A DNA stretch of 64,000 nt from the human T2T-CHM13v2.0 reference genome, Homo sapiens, in NCBI RefSeq assembly GCF_009914755.1, contig NC_060943.1; one strand, 5' to 3'. The notes under the pieces were generated by a model. That model made no database searches and was not told the DNA's origin. It saw only the letters and a program-made list of their open reading frames with translations. The position numbers were made by a program, and so were the translations under genes. Shown piece after piece: positions 1 to 18,300 of the stretch. How positions within the stretch are numbered: the first letter of the stretch is position 1; each line of letters starts with the position of its first letter.

Positions 1-84
1 CATATAAAACAAAGTTTGTTTTTGTTTTTTACTTTAAGTTTATTTTTTCCCCCAACCAAAACAGTTTCTCCCAAGGGTTCTTGC

Positions 85-195
85 CTTCCCGGTGCTCTCC
101 CATAAAGATGCCCTGGATAAGTTCTCTCTTCACTGTCTGCAGGTCCTCCTCTTGTTCCCACTGGGAGATCAGATGGGGTGTGTGTAGCGGATACC
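85..195 (-). CDS. ZNF699: ZNF699 KRAB-B coding exon (111 nt, phase 1-1); gene continues beyond the left edge
   Basis: tgcag|GG TAT CCG acceptor; encodes GYPLHTPHLISQWEQEEDLQTVKRELIQGIFMGEHRE-G; ends at AAG|gcaaga (GC-type donor). Confidence 0.88.
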
Positions 196-369
196 CTGCA
201 CAAGCAGAAAGGCATATCACGAGGGAAAATAATGAAGAATCACTAACATTTCCATGAAACAGAAACAAAACTTTAGTCTTCTGATATTCCAAAAATGGAC
301 AACTGTGAGTTTAACTGCAACAAAATGTCAAATTTATTTATTTTTTTTTTAAAAAAAGGAGAGGTGGCA

Positions 370-715
<346 letters not shown>

Positions 716-997
716 TCACACCTAAACCTCAATATCATTACAAGCTGGTCAGACAGTCACAACTGGGACATTTTGTTCTCCTATAGAATATAAATAATCT
801 CACAAAATACTAATCTTGGATAAAGTTACTCTGAAATCATGATAAAATGAAACAAAACAAGGTTACCTCATAATTTTGTCTAAAGACTTTATGCCACCCA
901 CAACATACTCAATAATAGAGTATTATTGAATAATACTGTCAGCAACCAGCAATACTATCCACTTTCTGTCAGCAACCAATCTAAAATGACTGCCTGT

Positions 998-3762
<2,765 letters not shown>

Positions 3763-4099
3763 AGCCTGCTTCCATAGACCCATCCCCAAATCACTCAACT
3801 GAAGCACAAATCCTGTAATAGGTCTTTTCTAACACCATCTTACTAGGACATGTAAGAGGCATGTATTCTTGCTTGCTGCACTGCAAAATAAACCCAACTT
3901 GTTTAACTATAAGTGTGTTCTGGTAGTCTTTGGGTAAAGGACACAGATAGCAGTAAAATCCTCAAAATGTTCAAACTACAAACCTCCTCCCTGTGTCCTA
4001 TAGTGATTGCTGAGGTTTATACCCACACTTTCGATACTTAATAAACCTCAAGGCTTTCAACCATGAAAAAAAGCATCAGTTCAATATACAGATGTTTAT

Positions 4100-4406
<307 letters not shown>

Positions 4407-4523
4407 AGGTGTTTATTTTCATAGCAAAGCCACTAGACTGTAAGTTCCTTGGGGTCAGTGACCATATCTGTCTTACTTACCAATGTCTTCCCATTCCTCA
4501 GCCCAAATCCTAGAATAAAGTCA

Positions 4524-4709
<186 letters not shown>

Positions 4710-4943
4710 CTAAAACATACCACAAATTCTGTTCAGAAAGGTACAATTCCTCCAATGTGTACAAGAGGACAGATGAGGCTCACAACATCGAGGAAATGAG
4801 AGTCAATTCATAGGAAGTTCAGAAGATCCCAGCATCTACTCTAGGGCTCAGTCAACAAATCTCTCTCTCTTTCTATCCACACATAATTCATCACTGATCA
4901 AATCCTGGCTTATAGATTTAATACTTCTAAAACACTAAATTGC

Positions 4944-5240
4944 CAGGCAAATTGGGTCAAGCCTATAATCCCAGCACTTTGGGGGGCCAAAGCAGGAGGA
5001 CTACTTGAGCCCAGGAGTTCAAGACCAGCCTAGGCAACAGAACATAGTGAGAATCAGTCTCTACTAAAATTTTTTTAAAAAATAGCTGGGCGTGGTGGCA
5101 TGTGCCTATGGTGGCAGCTACTCCGGAGGCTGAGGTGGGTGGGAGGATTGCTTGAGCCACAAGGTTGAGGCTGCAGTGAGCACGACCATGCCACTGCACT
5201 CTAGCCTGGACAAAAAAAAACAAAAACAAAAACAAAAAAA
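4944..5240 (+). mobile_element. Alu (J-like)
   Basis: Diverged dimeric Alu. Confidence 0.85.
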
Positions 5241-5264
5241 CATTAAATTTATCTCCCCACAATC

Positions 5265-6356
<1,092 letters not shown>

Positions 6357-6689
6357 TGACCAATGCCAGTCTTATGATGGCCTAGAAAAGTCCAGAACAT
6401 ATTGAAGAAATGAGAAAAATGCTCTGGAAATGAAATAATTTCCACATTGACATCATCGATTCCTTATTACAGAAATAACTTCACCTGTTACTTTATTCCC
6501 ACCATAGCAATCACTACAACATTAAACACAGGGTCAAATCTAGATGGGATTTTAATGAATAAAAATACACCGAGAGAAAAGCAGCCTTTCATTTTTTTCC
6601 CCCTCACAAAACTGAGAGGCCCAGGAGACTGCATAAGCACAATTTTGAAGCCAGGCCCACAGCTGGTCATACTTTCTTGTATTCTAGGC

Positions 6690-7209
<520 letters not shown>

Positions 7210-7277
7210 CCTAAAACACTGAGGGAGACCTGGTACAATGGAAATATTCTTTTGGACAATTATCACCTTTTACTTAC

Positions 7278-7325
7278 CTGTATTCTATTTTTCTGTAACT
7301 CAGCAGTTTTTCTTTCTTCCTCCAT
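7278..7325 (-). CDS. ZNF699: ZNF699 first coding exon (MEEERKTAELQKNRIQ)
   Basis: ATG at 7325, 48 nt to CAG|gtaagt donor, phase 0 matching the KRAB-A exon; probable acceptor aag| 5 nt upstream of the ATG. Confidence 0.88.
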
Positions 7326-7896
7326 GTCGCCTTCATGAAGAAAAGCAGGATATTGAGAAGTTAGAATTAAAAAAGGTGACATGAGAATCCAGACCTCCCC
7401 AAAATTCCCACACTCATGAGCCTGGATGTTGCAGCCCATCAATTATAAGTAACAACTCCCCTCAAAACACATACACACACACACACACACACATGCACAC
7501 ACCCAAGACACCCAAGTAAATATACCCTGCTCTTGTGGGAAAGTGGAACAACCTTACGTCCCCCTAGAGATACAAAACAGTGCTCTGGTCCTTGTTGATC
7601 ATAAAGAAGAGGTTAAGAGTGCTATTTTGTAAGTTAACTGAAGACTAGAAAAGTCTGGCTGTCAATCTGCCCATGATAACAAAAAGTATAAAATGTATCA
7701 GGGAGTATCTTCCAAAACATGAATAAACACTCCCCATCTCAAATTCAAGAAAGCACTGATTTATATGCCAGGCTTCTGGGAGTTCCACTCCCGATATTTC
7801 TTACTTCTGCACCCCTTGGCTGGCTAACAGGCTTTGCTGCTCAGCCCTAGACCACTGCCCCTGCCCCCATGAGCTGCAGGGTTCCCCAAAACCTGA

Positions 7897-8207
<311 letters not shown>

Positions 8208-8317
8208 AAGCATCAGCCTATTGAATTCCATATGCTGGAGGCAGAGAAGGCCGCTATGCTGTGATACACATGCTAAATCTGCCTGCACAGTACAGTAGTA
8301 GCAGAATAAGAATACTT

Positions 8318-8624
<307 letters not shown>

Positions 8625-9124
8625 TCAGCCCTGATGTGGTATCTGCAGTGCTGTTTCACAAATTTCAAACAACGACATGTTAACAGTTACTTCCACTGCA
8701 GTGGAACAAGTAGCATTTTAAAAAGCCAATAAAAAACTGTAACATTCTTTGCTGTATTAGTAACAATATATGCCATCTGGACAACCCTGATGTGAGAATG
8801 ACTTTGCAAAGAAATGGCCACATTTTAGAATATTTCTCACAGAAGCTCTGCAAATCAAATATTATTACAACCAGTTTAGAATTATCTTAGAATGAGTCAA
8901 TTAACCACATCTTCAATATTACCCAATTAGACAGCTGCTGAGGCAGGGTATGAATGCAGGCCTATTTGTCTTCAAAACCCAAACACCCAGTGAGTACATT
9001 TTTGAACACATACCTTAAATTTTAATTGTTTTTAAGCCCCTTATTCCCTAGTTTTACCAGGATTTAGCCTAGAACCCTATTGGGCACTACAGAGAGTGGA
9101 CAAATGAAGCATTCTAATCAAATA

Positions 9125-9431
<307 letters not shown>

Positions 9432-9872
9432 TCAAATATGTTATCTTTGAGCTCCTTTTCCTAAGGCCTATGTCTTGGGCAACGATGCTTCCCTTATAGC
9501 CCTTACCTCCTTCGTTTCATGTTTATTTAGGTGACATTTATCCTGACCCTACTACATGAAGTCACAAGGAATAAGGCATAGAAAAATAAAAAAGAAAAAT
9601 CCTGAAGCAAATGAATGTTATAATATTTTGGGTAAGACATTAAACAAAATACATCAGGTAGAGATACATGCTATATAAAAAATGTAGCACATTATAGGGA
9701 TAAGGAGACACGTACCATATTTATCTTTAGCAAGTCAGGACAGGTAATGTGGCAGGGTAGAAGCAGAAAATTAAAATAACTATTTCAGATCATGCTGGAA
9801 TTTCAGAGGGTTTAGTATATCTATTATATATTTATAAGCATTATCAACTCCTAGAGGAAAAAAAATCAGTAC

Positions 9873-10170
9873 TGGCCAGGCACGGTGGCTCACACCTGTA
9901 ATCCCAGCACTTTGGGAGGCCAAGGTGGGTGGATCACAAGGTCAGGAGTTCAAGACCAGCCTGGCCAAGATGGTGAAACCCACCTCTACTAAAAATACAA
10001 AAAAATTAGCTGGGCATGGTGGCAGGTGCCTGTAATCGCCACTACTTGGGAGGCTGAGGCAGAGAATTGTTTGAACCCAGGAGGCAGAGGTTGCAGTGAG
10101 CCGAGATCACGCCACTGCACTCCAGCCTGGGAGACACAGCGAGACTCTGTCTCAAAAAAAAAAAAAAAAA
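9873..10170 (+). mobile_element. Alu
   Basis: Full-length with A tail. Confidence 0.9.
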
Positions 10171-11217
10171 TCGGTATTAATAGGCTAGACTATTGATATA
10201 TAAAGTTGAATAAAGACCAGCATAAAAGTTTAGAAAGAAAATAGAAAATAATCTTTTTTAAAACATAGTAAACAAAATCAGAAAAGCTAAAAAAGCATCC
10301 TTTGCAAAAAGAAAAACTAATGAAACTGACAAACTCAGCTTTTTAAAAAAATTTTTTAATTTAATTTATTGTTTAAGACAGACTCTTTATGTTCCCAGGT
10401 TGATCTCATTTCCTAGGCTCAAGCGATCCATCTGCCTTAGCTTCCCACCAGCTGGGACTACAGATATGCACCACTGCAGCCAGCAACAGACTCAGCAATT
10501 TTAAGAGCAACAGGGCATAAACAACAACAACAAAAAAAAAATGAACAAGAATTAATCATAATTACAGATATCATAAGGAGAATATAGAAAAAATTTAAGG
10601 AATAAATATGAAGATGCACAGGTAATTAATGAATTTCTAGAAAGTAGTACAACTTTCCAGCAGTGATCTAAAACCTGATTACACCCAGTAATTAAAGAAA
10701 AAAAAATCAGCGGTTTAAAACACGGTCAGGCCGGGTGCAGTGGCTCATGCCTGTAATTCCAGCACTTTGGGAGGCGGAGAGCCCATGAGTTCGAGACCTG
10801 CCCGGGCAACAGAGCGAGACTCCTATTTTCTAAAAAGAAATAGGAATAAAGAAAGGAAAAAAACCTACAAACACCTACAGCAAACATCCTATTTAATGGT
10901 GAAATGATAGAATAATTCCCTCTGGAATCAGAAACAAGACAGGATGTAAATTACATGCTATTCTGTCGGACATTGTACTGGAGGTCCTGGCAAGTGCAGT
11001 AAAGAAATGAAAAGAAATGGAAACTGCAAGGAATAAAAAGGGAAAAGATTGAAACTGACAGATGACCAAATTTTCTGTGTGAAATTTAACCAATCTATAG
11101 ACAAATGATTCAAATGCATCATTAATGACAAAATGCATCAGTTCACTTTCACTTGAATATAATGTATCAAACTGATGTCCACAGGCAGAATATAATATCC
11201 AGAGACCAAATACTATC

Positions 11218-11485
11218 TTTTTGTTTTTTTGAGACAGTGTCTCGCTCTGTTGCCCAGGCTGGAGTGCAGTGATGCGATCTCAGCTCACTGCAACCTCTGC
11301 CTCCCGAGTAGCTGGGAACACAGGAGAGCACCTTTTATTTTACTTTTTTTTTTTTTTTTTTTTTTGGTAGAGACGGGATCTTGCTATGTTGCCCAGGCTG
11401 GCCTCAAACTCCTGGGCTCAAGCGATCCGCCCGCCTCGGCCGCCCAAAGTGCTGGGATTACAGGCGTGAACCACCGCGCTTGGCC
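11218..11485 (-). mobile_element. Alu (J-like, internal deletion)
   Basis: Alu arms; flanking caaa(t/c)actac/t. Confidence 0.85.
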
Positions 11486-11499
11486 CAAACACTACCTAA

Positions 11500-12450
11500 T
11501 GCATAAAGAGGGGACAGGAGGGGACCGAGCCGAGGCAAATGTCACCCCGTGCTCACCCGACACGCCGCGATCCACAGATCAGCTCACAGAGAACGAGGCT
11601 GAAGCGCTTGTCCTTGAGACACGAATGGCAGAGATGCTCTTCCTTTCTGGAAAGAGAGCAAAGGATGCTTTCGGAGGCTGATGAACTACGACATTGGTTC
11701 TCCAACTCTCGCCTGCATCAGAATCACCCCGATTTCTGTACCCAGACCAGAGTTCCCGATTCAGTGAGTTTGGGACCAGCCGCGGCCACAGGGGCAGCTG
11801 ACCCGGGCTCTCTGAGGAGGCGCCGCGGCGGCGGGAGGCCCCGGGCGCGGGGTCCGGACAAGGAGTGGCGGGGAGGCAGCCCTTAGACCGCCGATCCCCA
11901 AACCCAGCCCTCGGTCTCCCGCGGACCCGACCCGGGGCAGGCAGGGCGGGGCGGGGCAGGGCAGGACAGGAAGCGGGCGGAGGCAAAAATGTTCCTCAGA
12001 CGCGGGCGGAGGCGTAGGGTGACAAGGCTGTCGACTCGCGCATGCGCAGAAGCACACTTCTGATTCCTCTTTCGGCGCTGCAAATGGCGTATGGGGCGGG
12101 GCCTGGGAAGCGGGACTTGAGGTGAAGGGGGTGGAGCAGGTAGGAGCGGGATGCAAAGGAGCGCCAAGGCTGGTTCCAGCCGCAAGTGGATGAGAAATCC
12201 TAGTTTCTTCATGATTTGGAGTAAACAGAGAAGAAACAGAACCCTGAACTGGACTTGCATGACTCGGCCTGAGGGGCGGAACTGGGGCTAGACCTAGGGG
12301 CGTGGCCTTTTAAATACTCCAAGGGGCGGGGCTAAAGGTGGAACCAGATTGGGAGCGGGGCTTGGTTGAAATTCCTAGGGGGCGGAGACGAGGGCTGGGC
12401 GGGGCTTAAGTGACAAGGCCTAGGGATGGGGCTAAGGCTAGGGCTTCCCA
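11500..12450 (-). promoter_or_regulatory. ZNF699: ZNF699 CpG-island promoter and non-coding exon 1 (probable donor TCGG|gtgagc, intron starting 11556)
   Basis: CpG-dense; NRF1 motif GCGCATGCGCA 12038-12048; multiple GC boxes 12090-12410. Confidence 0.8.
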
Positions 12451-12794
12451 TCCAGGTTCTCAGCTACCACGGATACAGGATGCTCATCGATCGGGTTTCT
12501 ACCTATCCTCCACGTTGCTACAGTCCTGTACACAGGACACATATATTTGCAGCTCTAATAGGAAACAGACTCTCCTTGACACTCACTCAGTCCTTTTGGG
12601 CCTTTTAGTTTTCCCTTTCATTGTTGTATTGATAACTTCTCCTGTAGAGGGAAGCCATTGATAATTATTTAAATAGAACCTTTTTCCTGGAAACTTGCTG
12701 AATTCTGATAGCTGTCAGTTTATTATTTGAACCATCAAATATAAATATTTTCTCTGCATATTTTCATTGTTTTAATGTGTATAACTCATTTCTT

Positions 12795-13080
12795 TATGTG
12801 AGGCAATGTCTCATTCTATCGCCTAGGCTGGAGTGCAGTGGCGCGACCATGGCTCACTGCAGCCTTGACTTCCCCAGCTCAAGTGATGGTCCCATCTCAG
12901 CCCCCCAAGTAGCTGAGAATACAGTCGCGTACCACCCCACCCAGCTATTTTCTTTATTTTTTTGTAGAGATGGGATCGCACTATGTTGCTGAAGCTGGTC
13001 TCAAACTCCTGAGCTCAAGCTATCCTCTCACCTCAGCCTCCCAGAGTGCTAGGGGTACAGGTGTAAGCCACCACACCCAG
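12795..13080 (-). mobile_element. Alu (J-like)
   Basis: Diverged Alu. Confidence 0.85.
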
Positions 13081-13367
13081 AGTCATTTCTTTTTCTTATT
13101 GTTTGTTTAGGGCTTCCTCAACTATAAGTCGGAAAGAAATTAAGCATTCTTGTCTTGGTCGGTAATGATTACCAAAGTTCCTCAGTAAGCTGTTTACAAC
13201 AGGTTGCACCTCTTATCAAGTTAATCTTTTTAAACCAGGTTTATAAAGATATTTTATCAATAATTTTTTATGAACACTATCAAATGTTTATGCAACAATT
13301 GAGTTGATAACATAATTTTGCTCCTCTTAGTTTATAATATGATATCCATATAAAATATTTAATTTTA

Positions 13368-13660
<293 letters not shown>

Positions 13661-14149
13661 ATATATTCAATTTTATATATCCCCAATGAATCTATACTTT
13701 TAGTAAAATGGTTTCTGAGTTTCCTAGTTTGCTTTTAAATGTCTCCCCAAACTCTAAAATATAAAAATACTTCCTAATTTACTTCCAAATTGTACTGCTT
13801 TTTAAAACGTATAATTCTTTACTGCTCAGGGAATGTATTTTGGTATAATATGAGGTAGAGATGTGTTATATAAGTGAACCACAGGTGGCCTTTCTGTATT
13901 GGTCCCTAGGTTGTTCATTACTTCTTCACTGCGGCTTGAGGTCACCTTCCCAATGCCTGTCCCTGGTGCCCTAGCCAGCTCCCTTTCATCATCTATGTTT
14001 TTTAAGTGTAAATCTTTTTCTATTATGAAGCATTATGTTCTCATTGTAGTTTTTTATTTTAAAGGAAAAGTATAAGGAAAAGACAAACAACATTCAGAAT
14101 CCCAGCAGTGTTTGAATTTTCTGTATTTCCTTTCTGCCTTCTTTGTACG

Positions 14150-15641
<1,492 letters not shown>

Positions 15642-16286
15642 ACACTGAAACTTGGAAAGGAAGCTTCTTCCTCCTTCCTTGTCTTCCAGCACCCTACACT
15701 GGTAATGGGTAAAAGAGAAATATTTATAAGGCCCATCTCCATTATCACAAAGCAGAAAAAAAGGACAAATTTGTAGCATAAGTAATAAATCTATAACTAG
15801 GACAGTGGTCAAAGCATGTTTTGCCTTGGTTTTCCTTTACTGACAGACCAGGTCCTAGCAACACCAAGAATTGGTTCATGGTATCCAGACTGCTTTTCCT
15901 CCCAATTTGTGGCAGGTCAATTCTCCCTGACAATCACACAGACAGGCCTGCATGACAGTCACACAGACAGACCTGCACAGCACTTCTGTTACACAGACAA
16001 ATTTCCACAAAACTGCCTTAACATTGAGCAAATAGTTAAATCTAGGGAAATCAGTGCCCAGACATCAAAGCTAGAAATGAAACACATGGTCAGTTGAAGC
16101 TTCACACGGGCTTCTCCCTAACCTGGAGCAAGCCAAAATAATACAGACAGTCTTACATTCCTAGTACCAGCACGTGTCTCAGGTGGACGAAATCTGAGAT
16201 GAGTCAAGATAACAGAGGCAGCTGTTTGAATAGATTCACAGGAGAGTCTAAGGCAGCTCTCTGGACCCAAGCTGTAAAGGAGATAA
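15642..16286 (-). mobile_element. HERV-I (HERVIP10-like) internal leader/gag-start fragment
   Basis: ctcctttacagcttgg...gagagctgccttagactctcc; repeated ctgtctgtgtga motifs (family from recognition). Confidence 0.6.
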
Positions 16287-16711
16287 TGTGTCCAGAGTTG
16301 GTTCCTGCTGGTGGGTTTGTGGTCTTGCTGACTTCAAGAATGAAGCTGCGGACCTTTGCAGTGAGTGTTACAGCTCTTAAAGATGGCATGGACCCAAAGA
16401 GTGAGCAACGTTTATTGTGAAGAGCGAAAGGACAAAGCTTCCACAGCGTGGAAGGTGACCCTAGCGGGTTGCCTTGCTGGCTGGGGGGGGGTGGCCAGCT
16501 TTTATTCCCTTATCGACCCCTCCCATGTTCCGTTTCTGTCCTATCAGAGGGCCCTTTTTTCAATCCTCCCTGTGATTGGCTACTTTTAGAATCCTGCTGA
16601 TTGGTGCGTTTTACAGAGTGCTGATTGGTGCATTTTACAATCCGCTTGTAAGACAGGAAAGTTCCCCAAGTCCCCACTCAACTCAGGAAGTCCAGCTGGC
16701 CTCACCTCTCA
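16287..16711 (-). mobile_element. HERV9 3' LTR (short LTR12, LTR12F-like)
   Basis: Minus strand TGAGAGGTGA...ctggacaca; CCAAT repeats; preceded by a purine-rich tract; U5 similar to the LTR12C at 23429. Confidence 0.85.
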
Positions 16712-16899
16712 ATTATCCCTCTAAACAGGTCACCCAACAGCTGTTGGGAACTGGGTGATGACCGCTCTGGGCTACTTCCTGCCGGATAGGGGTGAAGAAG
16801 GGGCCCTGCAGTTGTAGTGTCCTCCAGAGGGGAACTCTCTAGGCCAGTGAAAGGGCCAGTGGGTCAGTCCAGGGGTCCTCAGTAGAAGTTCTGAGTTGA

Positions 16900-18300
16900 G
16901 CTCATTTGGGGTTCCATTTGTAAGACCCTCTGTAGCTTGATGGCCTCGATCCTGGAGGAAACAAATTTGACAAGGTTGTTAAAAATACAGGACCCAAAGG
17001 CAAGTAATAGCAAGATGGCTGTCCTGAGACTGAGAAAGGGGAGAAGCCATGTTGCCCAACTCCAGAGGTTGGTATAAGAGTTTGAAAGGCGTTGTCTGAT
17101 TTCAGAAGCCTTTTCCTGTAAACGATAAGCGGCATCTCATACTATCCCTTACTGGTTAGTGTAAAAGCAACACTCTTCCCTTAAGAATGTACAGTCCTCC
17201 TTTCTCAGCAGTGAGGAGGTCTAGGCCTCAGCGGTTTTGGACAGTCACTGCCACTAAAGAGTCTATTTGGGATTGTAGAGTAACGATAGATTTTATTTCT
17301 TGCAAACTGTTTGAAAAATCTTTTGAGAGTGTGTGGTAATAGGATAATGAAGTAGATAAACTGGCTATTCCAGTTCCTGTAGCAGTGGCCATTCCTAACC
17401 CTATAAGTAGGAGTATTAGTTGTATGGCCCTGCACTGACAAACTTGAGCTTTGAGGGGCACTGATAGGGTCTGATTTCCTGGGGCAATGTCAATGTTGGG
17501 ACTTAGGAAGACTAAGGTGCAGGTGCGTCTCCAGTTGGTGGGGAGGCAGATATAGGTTGAAGTTCCACATGGGAAGAATATGCCTTGGCTGGGTAGACAG
17601 AAATGGTTGTGTATGTTAAAAAGGCGTGTGAGTTTGTTCTTTTCATTTTCCCATACTCCTGAAGTACTTGTCAAGGTAGCTCCAGTGAGCAGCTGGAAAG
17701 GGGTATTGGGAGCAAACTGAGTGGCTCCCTGTGTTCTATTTTCCCATTAGAGAAAAAACCATTTTGTATCTACTAGGAACCATTCAAGAGAGTGATTGAA
17801 AGAGGGGATGAGAAGGCATTCATTAGTGGTGGGGGCGCTGCTGCAGGGGTTCCAGGGGTGAATGGTCATGCAGGGAGGATGTTTGCCATTACAAACTGTT
17901 TAAGCAGGGAGGAGGTGATGATTTTAGGGGGCCCTGAGAAGCAGACAAGCCATCTGAATGGAGCTGTTTGGGTGACTCGGAAGTTACTATGATCAGTTGG
18001 GGCTTGAAGTTGTAGGGTATAATTACACTGATGGGATAGCAGGTGTCCCAGGGGCAGGCCTGATAACAGGTTCCATTGGATGCATAAAGGGGCTTGGAAA
18101 GTTAAGATGGTATTCGCGGTTACAGGGCCATGTATGGGTTTTTCATTGCTCATGTAATAGATGAAGTTGGAAATGTAAGAGCGTAAAAGCTGGATTGTAC
18201 GTCCTGTTAGGGTATTTTTGGTCCTATCGGAGATGGGGAAGTTGGCTAATGATTGCATATTTACAAGTTGGAAAGGGTATTTTCCTTCATAACGGGTGTC
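16900..18300 (-). pseudogene. HERV9 env remnant (partial SU + TM)
   Basis: Fusion peptide AIQLILLLIGLGMATATGTGIASL; immunosuppressive motif VQNR*GLDLLTAEKGG; frameshifted CX6CC region. Confidence 0.88.

Noticed and set aside
11539-12260. Overlapping ORFs in the ZNF699 CpG island (likewise 26233-27002)
   Set aside because: Expected in GC-rich promoter DNA; no domain similarity
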